Below, piece after piece: positions 52,334 through 62,304 of a stretch of DNA of 64,000 nt. The notes below the pieces were generated by a model. The model had not been told where the DNA came from. It made no database searches and saw only the letters and a list, made by a program, of their open reading frames with translations. The position numbers and the translations under genes were made by a program. Source of the DNA: a bacterium (GTDB lineage Bacteria; Bacteroidota; Ignavibacteria; UBA10030); NCBI GenBank assembly GCA_043803945.1, contig JAZDJN010000016.1, positions 96,001-160,000 on the forward strand, in the 5' to 3' direction. Positions within the stretch are counted from its first letter, which is position 1; each line of letters opens with the position of its first letter.

Positions 52334-54163
52334 TCAGTTCCCCCTCTTCAAGGTGAAATTGAAGACACTTCCATTTCCTAATTCACTTTCCACCCAGATC
52401 CTTCCCCCATGGGCCTTTATTATTTCACGACAGATCCAGAGGCCAAGCCCAGTTCCTTTGATCTTCGACGCATCACCGTAATCCACCCGTGCGTACTTTT
52501 GGAAAAGCTTATTAACTTGTTCCGGGGGAATGCCTAATCCTTCATCCCGGACGGAAAAGATGACTTCGTCCAGATTATGTTCTAATGGACTTACGCGTAC
52601 TGTGATGACTCCTCCTGCCGGTGAATACTTTACGGCATTCGAAATGAGATTCTGAAGAACCTGACGAAGCTTGTTTTGATCGCCGCGCACATAGGCTGCA
52701 TTGATATCGATCGCATAGTCGAAGGTGTGCCTGCTTGATAACTTGATCATTGAGATTGCTTCGTTGATGATGACCTCAACATTAACTATGGTAAACTGAT
52801 AATTGAGCTGTCCGGATTCAATCTTGGCAATCGAAAGGGTGTCCTCCGCGAGTTTGCTCAGCTTACTTGCCTGATCGACAATAATGGAGAGATATTCCCG
52901 TAACCGGTCATGGGTGGTTGAATCCTCTTTTCGCAGAAGAGACTTTGCAGCGAGCATGATCGTGGAAAGCGGTGTCCGAAAATCATGCGAGACGATGCTC
53001 ACAAAGTCGGTCTTAATCCGATCCAATTCGAGCAGACGCTGGTTGGTTTTTTTGACCTCTTCGAAGAGATGGGCGTTCCGCATGGCACTTCCCATCTGAT
53101 CACACAGTGTTTGAAGCACAACAACATCGGTCTCATCGAATGCGTGAAGCTTCGTATCCTCCACATTCAACACGCCCACAACCTCGGCATCGATTTTAAT
53201 AGGGACGGCAAGCTCGGAGTTTGTGTTATGATAGTTCAAAGAAAGGTAGCGTGGTTCCACAGACACATCATTCACAAGGACATTCTGTTCGTGTTCCGCA
53301 ACCCAACCGATAATTCCTGTACCCATTTTCTGGGAATACCCATGCGGCAGATAATCGATGTAGTTTCCGGAATGCGCCGCCAAGATAAGCTCATTTGCCT
53401 CACGATTAACCAGAAAGATTGTCACATCGAAGTAATGGAAACTTTTCTGTATCGATTCTGCCGCCGATGTTAAAAGCTCATCTATATCCAGGGTGGTGGT
53501 CAGTTTCCCAGCGACATGGTTCACAAGGGCAATCTGGGCGACACGTTTTTGTGCCCGTTCGATCAGTTCCGTGTGACGCAATCCGATGGCAATCTGAAGC
53601 GAAAGCAGTTGCGCTAGCCAAAGATCCGGTTCGTTGTATGCCTCCGGTTTCGAAGAGCCCAGCATCAGAGCACCAATGACCGAAGCGGCCGTCCGGATCG
53701 GAACAACAATCAGCGATCGGATCCCAAGCTCTTTCAGTTTCCCTTCGAGCATCGGATCGAACGATGGCACAGAATTGATATCGACGACAACAGACGAATT
53801 ATTCCTGATCGCCCATCCGGGCATGCCGGTGTCGACAGAACAGTGTTTATGATCAAGTTCAATCGCATCCATCAGCGGCGTCAATGTGCTGATACTGACA
53901 TGGGACTGGTTCTGGCTCAGCAGGGCAATGAGTGCACCTTCACCATGAATGAGCTGTCTCATGGTCTCGCGGAGAATACGAATTATTTCCTCACGGGAAT
54001 GGACCGCTTCGATCTTAAGTGCTAGTTCTCCAAGAATATTCACTCGTGAGCTGAATTCCTGAGCCTCCTGTAAACGCAACCGCATCTCTTCAGGAGTGAG
54101 AAAATTAAGATTTTCGGATGATCGCCAATCTGCTGACATTTTACCGGGTTTAAAATGTTCCAT
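52334..54163 (-). CDS. GAF-GAF sensor histidine kinase
   Basis: Two GAF domains, H-box VSHDFRTPL, N-box NLISNAVKY, DEGLG, GTGLGL. Confidence 0.93.
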   Translation of the reverse strand: MEHFKPGKMSADWRSSENLNFLTPEEMRLRLQEAQEFSSRVNILGELALKIEAVHSREEIIRILRETMRQLIHGEGALIALLSQNQSHVSISTLTPLMDAIELDHKHCSVDTGMPGWAIRNNSSVVVDINSVPSFDPMLEGKLKELGIRSLIVVPIRTAASVIGALMLGSSKPEAYNEPDLWLAQLLSLQIAIGLRHTELIERAQKRVAQIALVNHVAGKLTTTLDIDELLTSAAESIQKSFHYFDVTIFLVNREANELILAAHSGNYIDYLPHGYSQKMGTGIIGWVAEHEQNVLVNDVSVEPRYLSLNYHNTNSELAVPIKIDAEVVGVLNVEDTKLHAFDETDVVVLQTLCDQMGSAMRNAHLFEEVKKTNQRLLELDRIKTDFVSIVSHDFRTPLSTIMLAAKSLLRKEDSTTHDRLREYLSIIVDQASKLSKLAEDTLSIAKIESGQLNYQFTIVNVEVIINEAISMIKLSSRHTFDYAIDINAAYVRGDQNKLRQVLQNLISNAVKYSPAGGVITVRVSPLEHNLDEVIFSVRDEGLGIPPEQVNKLFQKYARVDYGDASKIKGTGLGLWICREIIKAHGGRIWVESELGNGSVFNFTLKRGN

Positions 54164-54238
54164 CGTTTCTACGGTTTAACTGACACCTCAGTTACAAAAA
54201 CAGACTTCTTTATGAGAGACACTCTCACCTTACTCCAG

Positions 54239-54799
54239 TCAACCACCGGGCTTATGCCACTCTGTGGCGAGCTTGCAGTAGACAGCATGGTCGATATAAT
54301 GGTCATAAAGCCACTCAGCGCTGCGCGAGTAACCTTCGTATTCAAATCCCAAACGCTTAGGAATCGCACGGCTTCGTTCATTTTCCATTGCACATCGGAT
54401 TTCCAGACGGTGAAGATGCATCGACTGGAACGCATAGTCGACTAAGGCCCTCGTGGACTCCGTCATAATTCCTTTTCCCTGAAGTTCCTCGGCGAGCCAA
54501 TATCCGATATTCGCAGACCGGTTAGCCCAATCGATGCGGTACAATCCTATGATGCCTACGAGCATCCCCTGACGACGGATCCCTGTCTGCAATCCATTCT
54601 TCGACACGGCCTGCTGCATCATATAGTTGATGAAGCTTATCATATCTTCCATTGTCAGCACAGTATCCAACCAAGGCAACCATTGCCGGAGATACAATCG
54701 GTTTGCATCGATGAGTGTGAATAGATCTTCAGCATCCGATTGTTCGAGTGGCTGGAGGAACGTCTGGTCATCCACGGGAATTCTCATAATGTCACTCAT
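54239..54799 (-). CDS. RimJ/RimL family GNAT acetyltransferase
   Basis: NRLYLRQWLPW, IGYWL...QGKG, N.RS.AIP.RLGF..EG. Confidence 0.9.
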   Translation of the reverse strand: MSDIMRIPVDDQTFLQPLEQSDAEDLFTLIDANRLYLRQWLPWLDTVLTMEDMISFINYMMQQAVSKNGLQTGIRRQGMLVGIIGLYRIDWANRSANIGYWLAEELQGKGIMTESTRALVDYAFQSMHLHRLEIRCAMENERSRAIPKRLGFEYEGYSRSAEWLYDHYIDHAVYCKLATEWHKPGG

Positions 54800-55265
54800 C
54801 CACAAGAACATCAAACTGAATGACATCGAACGCCCGTCGGGCGTCAAGGAGGGCATAGATCACACCGCAAAAAACGATGAGGATCCCAAACAGGAAAGTC
54901 GCAATGACGACATATTCAAAACCGACTACCGGTGCAAAGAAGCTCAATCCGATCAGCATAGAAGTCAGAATAAAGAGTGCAATCGCACCTGAATAACAAA
55001 TAACCGCATTCCTGACCAGCCTTGCACGGATCATCAAATTGCGGATTTGTTGAATCAGACTTTCGAACCGAAGATTTTCCTCGAATGATTTCTCGGCAGC
55101 CTTCTTAAAAAGTTTCCGTTTTTCTTCGTTCAATAATCGGATGCGTGTCAACACCGCCGTATATTTATTCGAAGTTCCGAGCAGCAATAAGCCGCAGGCA
55201 TTAATCATAACCGCAGGAGCGAGAATGAGTTGAATAAGTTGTATGACAGACAGTTCCTGACCCAT
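54792..55265 (-). CDS. DUF2721-like membrane protein
   Basis: IQLILAPAVMI..G.LLL..NKY..V..RIR motif plus TM helices. Confidence 0.78.
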   Translation of the reverse strand: MGQELSVIQLIQLILAPAVMINACGLLLLGTSNKYTAVLTRIRLLNEEKRKLFKKAAEKSFEENLRFESLIQQIRNLMIRARLVRNAVICYSGAIALFILTSMLIGLSFFAPVVGFEYVVIATFLFGILIVFCGVIYALLDARRAFDVIQFDVLVDE

Positions 55266-55286
55266 AAATCACATCGTTCCAATTTG

Positions 55287-56291
55287 TTATTGCCTGGAGA
55301 TCTCTCCAATGATGAAGGGTTTCTCATTTTTCCTTTTCAAGTACCGGACAACGGCATCGGCCTCACGGGGTGACACCATGATGATAATGCCGATACCGAG
55401 GTTGAATGTCTTTCGCATATCAGCTTCGGGAACATTTCCTGTCTGTTGGATGAGTTGAAACAACCAAGGCCTTTCCCACGCTTGCCAATCAATATTCAAC
55501 TTCAACCCTTTTGGTACTACTCTCATCGTATTACCTTCGATACCTCCTCCCGTGATATGTGATAATCCCCTGACGCTAAACTTCGTGAGGAGGGGATAGA
55601 TCGGACTCAAATACGAGCGGTGGACTTGGAGCAACGCCTCACCCAACGTCATATTCATTTCTACAAAATACCGATCGAGTTTTATTCTTTTCAGTAAACC
55701 AGCTCTCGCCAGCGAGTACCCATTGGTGTGTAAACCCGTTGATGGCAAAGCAATTAGAACATCGCGGGGTCGTATCGCTTTTCCCCTGATGATTGATTTC
55801 TGCTCTACCACTCCAACAATTGTGCCAGCAATATCATATTCACCCGCCTTATAGAAACCAGGCATTTCAGCTGTCTCACCGCCGATAAGGGCACAATTAT
55901 TTTCACGACATGCTGTTACGAATCCTGAGATCACGCGCGCAGCAGTCTCCGGAGCGAGCTTTCCAGTTGCAAAATAATCCATGAAGTATAATGGTTTGGC
56001 GCCGCAAACGAGAATATCATTAACGCAATGATTGACAAGATCCTGTCCGACTGTGTTGTGACGATTCATCGCAAATGCGATTTTTAGTTTTGTTCCGACA
56101 CCATCCACACTCGAGACCAACACGGGCTTTTTATACCCTTTAAAATCGGCACGATAAAACGCACCGAACAAACCGATATCGGTTAAGACATTGCTATTGT
56201 ATGTCGAGCGTACATTGTGTTTGATCCGACGCACCAACTCATCGCCGGCCTCAATATCCACGCCAGCCTGTTTATAGGTAAGAGCTTTCAT
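55287..56291 (-). CDS. purM: Phosphoribosylformylglycinamidine cyclo-ligase
   Basis: Y..AGVDI, DGVGTK, GGETAEMP, STGLHTNGYSL, HITGGG, TFNLGIG. Confidence 0.97.
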   Translation of the reverse strand: MKALTYKQAGVDIEAGDELVRRIKHNVRSTYNSNVLTDIGLFGAFYRADFKGYKKPVLVSSVDGVGTKLKIAFAMNRHNTVGQDLVNHCVNDILVCGAKPLYFMDYFATGKLAPETAARVISGFVTACRENNCALIGGETAEMPGFYKAGEYDIAGTIVGVVEQKSIIRGKAIRPRDVLIALPSTGLHTNGYSLARAGLLKRIKLDRYFVEMNMTLGEALLQVHRSYLSPIYPLLTKFSVRGLSHITGGGIEGNTMRVVPKGLKLNIDWQAWERPWLFQLIQQTGNVPEADMRKTFNLGIGIIIMVSPREADAVVRYLKRKNEKPFIIGEISRQ

Positions 56292-56317
56292 GGGACTTTG
56301 CTGTTATTGTGTAAATA

Positions 56318-56346
56318 AAGATACCGGATTTTCCCGCGTTGAACAA
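56318..56346 (-). promoter_or_regulatory. Putative sigma70 promoter of purM
   Basis: TTGTTC-17 nt-TATCTT on the minus strand. Confidence 0.5.
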
Positions 56347-56504
56347 GACTATTTTTTCAGAACAATTCTCATCGCAGCATCGAACTCCCCTGAGGGTTGG
56401 TTCGTCTAATCACATTGAATACTGTATGGCGAGGCTGGATCGAGAATTGGACCTTGGCCCCCTGTGATGCGCAGTGAGTGGCACCCGGAGAAGGGATGAA
56501 TTTC

Positions 56505-56533
56505 TTGATAGTGTCTCACCCCTTCTTTATATT
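56505..56533 (+). promoter_or_regulatory. Putative sigma70 promoter of the FAH-family gene
   Basis: TTGATA-17 nt-TATATT. Confidence 0.55.
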
Positions 56534-56562
56534 GACCTGAGAAATATAAAAACGGGAGCGCT

Positions 56563-57234
56563 ATGCCGTTAGTTCATATTACTGATACCAATGAACATCT
56601 GGAAGTGAAGAAAATTCTTTGTATCGGAAGAAATTATGCCGGCCATGCAAAGGAAATGAACGCCTCAATTCCGGAGAATCCGCTCTTCTTCCTGAAACCG
56701 GCGACGGCCATCATTCACGATGGTGAAACCGTGCGCGTCCCGGAGATTTCAAAAGAAGTACATCACGAAGTGGAGATGCTCGTGTTAATAGGAACGGGCG
56801 GTACCAACATATCCCCTGCGGACTCGCTGCGGCATGTGGCAGGGTACGGAATCGGGCTCGACATGACAATGAGAGATGTGCAGGCCGAAGCCAAGAAAAA
56901 AGGTACGCCATGGACTCTTGCGAAAGGATTCGACACATCCGCTCCTGTCTCAAGCTTCGTTTCCGCTTCCCGGATTCAAAATCCCCATGAGCTTGGTGTG
57001 AAACTCACTGTCAACCGCGCGCCGCGGCAAAACGGGTGTACCGACCAATTCTTATTTAGAATTGAGGAACTCATCGCGTACCTCTCCCGCTTTATCACAC
57101 TTGAACGCGGAGATATCATTTTCACCGGCACACCTGAAGGCGTCGCTCAGACAGTCTCGGGCGATGAACTGCACGCAGAACTCTCCCTGCCATCCGGCGA
57201 GGTTCTTTCTTCTTTGACGGTACGCGTTCAATAA
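56563..57234 (+). CDS. Fumarylacetoacetate hydrolase family protein
   Basis: CIGRNY..H..E, FLKP, HHEVE, DMT.RD.Q, KGFDT, GDIIFTGTPEGV. Confidence 0.94.
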   Translation: MPLVHITDTNEHLEVKKILCIGRNYAGHAKEMNASIPENPLFFLKPATAIIHDGETVRVPEISKEVHHEVEMLVLIGTGGTNISPADSLRHVAGYGIGLDMTMRDVQAEAKKKGTPWTLAKGFDTSAPVSSFVSASRIQNPHELGVKLTVNRAPRQNGCTDQFLFRIEELIAYLSRFITLERGDIIFTGTPEGVAQTVSGDELHAELSLPSGEVLSSLTVRVQ

Positions 57235-57239
57235 CCCGG

Positions 57240-57623
57240 TTGATGATGAAGAAATTTATTCGATTTCTCCATACCTATCGTAATGCCTTGCTGGCCTGGC
57301 TCGGTATGGCAATCCTGATCGAGATCGGGATAGTCTTGAGCATCGATAAAAGTGCAATTGCCTTTGCTGTTGTGCTCCTCGGCCTCATCGGTCATGCGTT
57401 TACCGCCTTGATTGTTTGGATCGGACTTGTTCCGGTCGTGGGACCGATAGCCGCTCAGATTCTGACGATGCCATTCATTTGGATATTGAATGGAATAGGC
57501 TATGTGGCTTCCGTCATCGCGATTAAAAGAGGGTATTCGAAAGATGTCTTGAATTATCGCATCATCACGATAACCTTGTTGGTGGGGATCACGCTCGGCT
57601 ACATCCTCGGAAAACTCATTTAA
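57240..57623 (+). CDS. Hypothetical membrane protein
   Basis: 127-aa hydrophobic ORF (GLVPVVGP) in an operon with the FAH gene. Confidence 0.7.
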   Translation: MMMKKFIRFLHTYRNALLAWLGMAILIEIGIVLSIDKSAIAFAVVLLGLIGHAFTALIVWIGLVPVVGPIAAQILTMPFIWILNGIGYVASVIAIKRGYSKDVLNYRIITITLLVGITLGYILGKLI

Positions 57624-57645
57624 CAAACTGAAAGAAAGACAAGCC

Positions 57646-58806
57646 ATGTTCACACACCTCTTGCTTGCCCTCGTGATGAGTATCAATCCGGTGAATTCCA
57701 AGGATGCCCATAGAGAAAAGCTTACTGACCGGGAGAAAATAAATATCGATCTTCTGTACGCTCCATTCGACAACCTAAAGACTGATGTAAGTGATTATCG
57801 GTGGCCAATCAATGTCTCAAACGAAATTACATCGAACTTCGGAGATTACAGGGCAACCCATTTACATTGCGGCATAGATATTTCTACCAATGGTGAGAAG
57901 GGACATCCTGTCTTTGCCTCGCGGGATGGAGAGATTTTCAGGATTCGCGTCTCCCACCGCGGCTATGGTAAGATGCTCTATATCCGCCATGCCGATGGAT
58001 TCGTCACAACCTATGCTCATCTCCAAAAATTCGACGATGAAATCGATCGCTATGTAAAAAAGGTTCAGAAGCAAACACGACGATATACCTTCGATCTCCG
58101 ATCCGATATTTCCCTCTTCACAGTCTCGAAAGGTGAAGTAATTGCCTACTCCGGAGACACCGGCATCGGCGGGGTCCACCTCCATTTCGAAGTCCTGGAT
58201 TCCTTAATGAACCCGATCAACCCCCTCCTGTTTCCTCAGCTCGCCGAAGCGCTCGCAGACACTGTACCTCCGATTTTTTCCAATATCGCTTTAACACCCC
58301 TTAGAAAAAACACAACCATCCAGGGAAAACAAGCTCAACGACTTCTTGCCGTGAAACGCCTCACGAGCGGCGAATATACTATTCCCGGTCTGTTGGCGAT
58401 GAATGGATCAATCGGAATAGCCGCGCGAGTTACCGATCATTCAAACATCCTGAAACATCAAATTGGTCCATACCGATTTGAAGTCTATCTGGATGATGAA
58501 CTGACCTTCACTTCTGAAAAAAAACAAATCTCCGATGAAGCTGTTCACCAGGTAGACATGGCATTCGATAAAAAGCTTTCACGTCTCAAAAAAAATGGGC
58601 GCTATGATAAGCTCTATATTGAGAATGGCAACAAACTCCCATTCTACGATCGACTACCGGAGGGTTCGGGGATCATCAACACCTCGGAATATCCAGACGG
58701 CCTCCATGAGATAAAGATTGTTGCTGCTGATGTCTCGGGGAATTCCTCCACGCTGCGTATGCCTGTCCGCTTCACTCAACCCGCTTCCCAGAAAAAGGGA
58801 AAGTAA
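57646..58806 (+). CDS. M23 family metallopeptidase
   Basis: FGDYR..HLHCGIDI, GYGK, YAHL, SGDTG..G.HLHFE. Confidence 0.9.
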   Translation: MFTHLLLALVMSINPVNSKDAHREKLTDREKINIDLLYAPFDNLKTDVSDYRWPINVSNEITSNFGDYRATHLHCGIDISTNGEKGHPVFASRDGEIFRIRVSHRGYGKMLYIRHADGFVTTYAHLQKFDDEIDRYVKKVQKQTRRYTFDLRSDISLFTVSKGEVIAYSGDTGIGGVHLHFEVLDSLMNPINPLLFPQLAEALADTVPPIFSNIALTPLRKNTTIQGKQAQRLLAVKRLTSGEYTIPGLLAMNGSIGIAARVTDHSNILKHQIGPYRFEVYLDDELTFTSEKKQISDEAVHQVDMAFDKKLSRLKKNGRYDKLYIENGNKLPFYDRLPEGSGIINTSEYPDGLHEIKIVAADVSGNSSTLRMPVRFTQPASQKKGK

Positions 58807-58977
58807 GTTCCAGCAAAGTGTTTCTTTATCGGAAATTAGCTCTCTCTCACTCGTTGATTTCAATCAAGTTTTTTTGTTTATTGAGATGAGCGCTTTCATC
58901 GATTGCGGTTAAGTGCAACGTGAGCACAAATTGGAACGGGCGGAGATTTAACAATTGAGCTGTGCTTCTGGACCGCT

Positions 58978-59007
58978 GGGTAGCTTTTTCTGGCTACCTT
59001 TTTCTTT
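58978..59007 (+). terminator. Intrinsic terminator-like hairpin upstream of valS
   Basis: ggtagc-tttttctg-gctacc followed by tttttcttt. Confidence 0.55.
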
Positions 59008-59039
59008 AACTGATAACATTAATAGGATTTTATAACCGG

Positions 59040-61775
59040 GTGGAATTGACTGTGCAGGAACTATCGAAAGCGTATAATCCAAAAGAGGTCGAAGATAAGT
59101 GGTATTCATTCTGGGAATCGCATGACCTGTTTCATGCAACCGTAAAAAAAGATAAAAAGCCGTACACCATCGTCATTCCCCCGCCAAACATTACCGGTAT
59201 TTTGACGATGGGCCATGTACTGAACAACACTATCCAGGATGTGTTGATCCGATGGAAAAGAATGCAGGGGTACGAAGCGTGCTGGATCCCAGGAACAGAT
59301 CATGCCGGCATCGCAACGCAAAATGCAGTTGAAAAAGCCCTTGCCCGCGAGGGTATGAATCGTCATCAGCTTGGCCGTGATGCATTCCTGGAACGAGTGT
59401 GGAAATGGCGTGAGGAATATGGCAGCACGATAATCAAACAATTGAGAAAACTCGGTGCATCCTGTGACTGGCAGCGTGAGCGATTCACCATGGATGAAGG
59501 GCTTTCCGAGGCAGTCAATGAAGTATTTATCCGGATGTTTGAGAAAGGTTTGATTTATCGCGGGAAGTATATCGTGAACTGGTGCCCTTTCCACCAGACA
59601 GCCCTCAGTGACGATGAAGTAGACCATAGTGAAGTGAACGGCAATCTCTACTATCTGCGATATCAGATTGAAGGGATGAAGCAGTATGGTATCGTTGCGA
59701 CGACGTGTCCAGAAACAATTTTGGGCGATTCGGCACTTTGTGTACATCCAAAAGATGAACGCTATAAACATCTCATCGGGAAATTCGCCATTCTTCCGCT
59801 TGTCGGCAGAAGGCTGCCGATTATCGCCGATGAATATATCGACTCGTCGTTTGGCACGGGGATGATGAAAGTTACCCCAGCCCACGATCCAAATGATTTC
59901 ATACTCGGCCAGCGTCATCAGTTGCAGCAGATTAACGTGATGGATGAACGAGGGAGAATGAATGAATCAGTGCCTCATAAGTTTGAAGGACTGGACCGGT
60001 TTGAATGCCGCAAACTCCTTCTGAAAGATCTTGAAGCACAAGGGTATTTGGAAAAAGTCGATCAACACGTTCACAATGTGGGGCGCTGCTACCGCTGCAA
60101 TGCAATCATTGAACCATATCTTTCCGACCAATGGTTTGTAAAAATGCGCCCCCTCGCGGCACCTGCCTTACGTGTGGTGCATGAAGGAAAAATCCGGTTC
60201 CATCCGAAACGATGGGAAAAAGTGTATGAACACTGGATGACGAATATCCGCGATTGGTGCATATCACGACAAATCTGGTGGGGACACCGCATTCCTGTCT
60301 ACTATACGGATGATGGCAATTACACCGCTGCTCGCAATGAAAAAGAGGCGCGAAAAAAATTAGGCCTCGATGCTGCAGCATACCTCCGCCAGGATGAGGA
60401 TGTGCTCGACACCTGGTTCTCTTCATGGCTCTGGCCATTTTCCATACTCGGCTGGCCGAAAGATAATGAAGACCTTCGCTTTTTTAATCCGACCAATACC
60501 CTCGTAACGGCTCCCGACATCATTTTCTTTTGGGTCGCCCGCATGATCATTGCCAATATGGAATTTATGAAAGGTGAACCTGGAGCGGATGGCAAGCCAA
60601 GGAAGAAGGAAGAGGCGCTCATTCCTTTTCAGGATGTTTACTTCACCAGCATCATCCGCGACGCTCAAGGCCGGAAAATGAGTAAGTCGCTTGGCAACTC
60701 CCCCGATCCTCTCGATGTTATCAATGAGTATGGTGCCGACGCACTTCGATTTACCATCGCGTACCTCTCGCCGCTCGGGCAGGATGTTCTGTTCTCCTCC
60801 GAGAAGTGTGAGATTGGACGCAACTTTGCAAACAAAATCTGGAATGCAGGTCGTTTCCTCTTGATGAATCGAGCCGAGCTCGACAGCGGTACAGAGAATG
60901 AGGAAATCCACTCCCTTCCCACAGAACATCTCGACCTTGCTGACCGGTGGATCCTTTCGCGGCTCAACCATACTATTCGGGATTTTAATAGTGCACTCTC
61001 GGAATTTCATCTGAATGAATCCAGTAAAGTTGCCTACGATTTTCTCTGGCATGACTTCTGCGACTGGTATCTCGAGCTGGTGAAAACGCGTTTCTACGGC
61101 GATGAGAGCCCTGAAGCCAAACGCATCGTCATCCGCCGTGCAGTCTGGATGTATGACCAGGCTTTAAAGACGCTGCATCCAATCATGCCGTTTATCACCG
61201 AAGAACTCTGGCAGCACCTCGGTAAACGAGCCGGCCGATCCATTATGTGCGCGCCATTTCCCTCGATCGATGAGTGGTGGATAGATCAGAAGACCGAAAA
61301 GGAGATGACCTTTGTTCAGGATGTGATCAATGCCATCCGCAATATCCGCGGTGAAAACAGCATCGCTCCATCGAAAGAGATACTCGTACAGGTGCGGATC
61401 GGGGCAGACGACCATGATGCAATTCTTCAAACCTATGAAAAATATGTAAAGAAGCTTGGAAAGGTTTCCTCTATCCAGACGATTGGCGACGGTGAGAAAC
61501 CAAAATTCGCTTCAAGCTCGGTGGTATCGGGAACGGAGATTTTCGTCCCACTCCATGACCTCATTGATATCGAGGTGGAGCGAGCCCGGCTGGAAAAAGA
61601 AATTGTGCGATTGAGAGGTACGCTGGAGGGAATCGATAAGAAATTGAACAATCGGCAGTTCGTTGAAAAGGCTCCGAAGGATGTCGTCGATCGTGAAAAG
61701 GAAAAGCTAGCAAATTTCCAATCGAACCTAGAAAAATTGGAAATCAATTTGACTGCACTAATCAACAGTAAGTAG
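59040..61775 (+). CDS. valS: Valine--tRNA ligase
   Basis: PPPNITG.LTMGH, DHAGIATQ, DWCISRQ.WWGH, DVLDTWFSS, KMSKSLGN, coiled-coil C-terminus. Confidence 0.98.
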   Translation: MELTVQELSKAYNPKEVEDKWYSFWESHDLFHATVKKDKKPYTIVIPPPNITGILTMGHVLNNTIQDVLIRWKRMQGYEACWIPGTDHAGIATQNAVEKALAREGMNRHQLGRDAFLERVWKWREEYGSTIIKQLRKLGASCDWQRERFTMDEGLSEAVNEVFIRMFEKGLIYRGKYIVNWCPFHQTALSDDEVDHSEVNGNLYYLRYQIEGMKQYGIVATTCPETILGDSALCVHPKDERYKHLIGKFAILPLVGRRLPIIADEYIDSSFGTGMMKVTPAHDPNDFILGQRHQLQQINVMDERGRMNESVPHKFEGLDRFECRKLLLKDLEAQGYLEKVDQHVHNVGRCYRCNAIIEPYLSDQWFVKMRPLAAPALRVVHEGKIRFHPKRWEKVYEHWMTNIRDWCISRQIWWGHRIPVYYTDDGNYTAARNEKEARKKLGLDAAAYLRQDEDVLDTWFSSWLWPFSILGWPKDNEDLRFFNPTNTLVTAPDIIFFWVARMIIANMEFMKGEPGADGKPRKKEEALIPFQDVYFTSIIRDAQGRKMSKSLGNSPDPLDVINEYGADALRFTIAYLSPLGQDVLFSSEKCEIGRNFANKIWNAGRFLLMNRAELDSGTENEEIHSLPTEHLDLADRWILSRLNHTIRDFNSALSEFHLNESSKVAYDFLWHDFCDWYLELVKTRFYGDESPEAKRIVIRRAVWMYDQALKTLHPIMPFITEELWQHLGKRAGRSIMCAPFPSIDEWWIDQKTEKEMTFVQDVINAIRNIRGENSIAPSKEILVQVRIGADDHDAILQTYEKYVKKLGKVSSIQTIGDGEKPKFASSSVVSGTEIFVPLHDLIDIEVERARLEKEIVRLRGTLEGIDKKLNNRQFVEKAPKDVVDREKEKLANFQSNLEKLEINLTALINSK

Positions 61776-61834
61776 GTTTTTATCCCTGGGTACTACCGTA
61801 CCACTTTCTATTTTCATTCTTTGCGAGAAAAGCT

Positions 61835-62245
61835 ATGGTTTCTCAAACTCTTGAATATCTTGGCGGTTTGCGATGCACTGTCGTCCACGGACCGAGTCGT
61901 ACGATCATAACCACAGACGCTCCGACTGATAACTTCGGCTGCGGAGAATATTTTTCCCCGACCGATCTTGTTGTGTCCGCCCTCTCCTCGTGCATTATAA
62001 CCACAATGGCAATCCTTGCCCAACGCGACAGTGTGACACTCGACGGATCGACAATATACGCGGAGAAACATATGAGTGTCGATTCACCTCGGCGGATCAG
62101 CAACGTTGTGATACGGCTTATGTTTTGTCCAGGGATACCGTTGGACTATCGCGAAAAGCTGGAAGCAATTGCACGTACCTGTCCTGTGGCGCAAAGTTTG
62201 AACAAGGAGATCGTCATCAACATCGAAATAACGTATCCCGATTAG
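61835..62245 (+). CDS. OsmC family protein
   Basis: TDAP.DN.G....FSPTDL...L.SC, CPV..SL. Confidence 0.9.
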   Translation: MVSQTLEYLGGLRCTVVHGPSRTIITTDAPTDNFGCGEYFSPTDLVVSALSSCIITTMAILAQRDSVTLDGSTIYAEKHMSVDSPRRISNVVIRLMFCPGIPLDYREKLEAIARTCPVAQSLNKEIVINIEITYPD

Positions 62246-62304
62246 CGTTTTGAACACAGTATACTAAGCAGGAATCGAACCATCCTCTACGAAAGGAGGA
62301 ATCC

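Noticed and set aside
59696-59720. valS ATTCPET instead of ATTRPET, and TMGH instead of HMGH
   Set aside because: These are single-residue variants or a possible base-call error; the ORF is otherwise intact and this cannot be evaluated without reads
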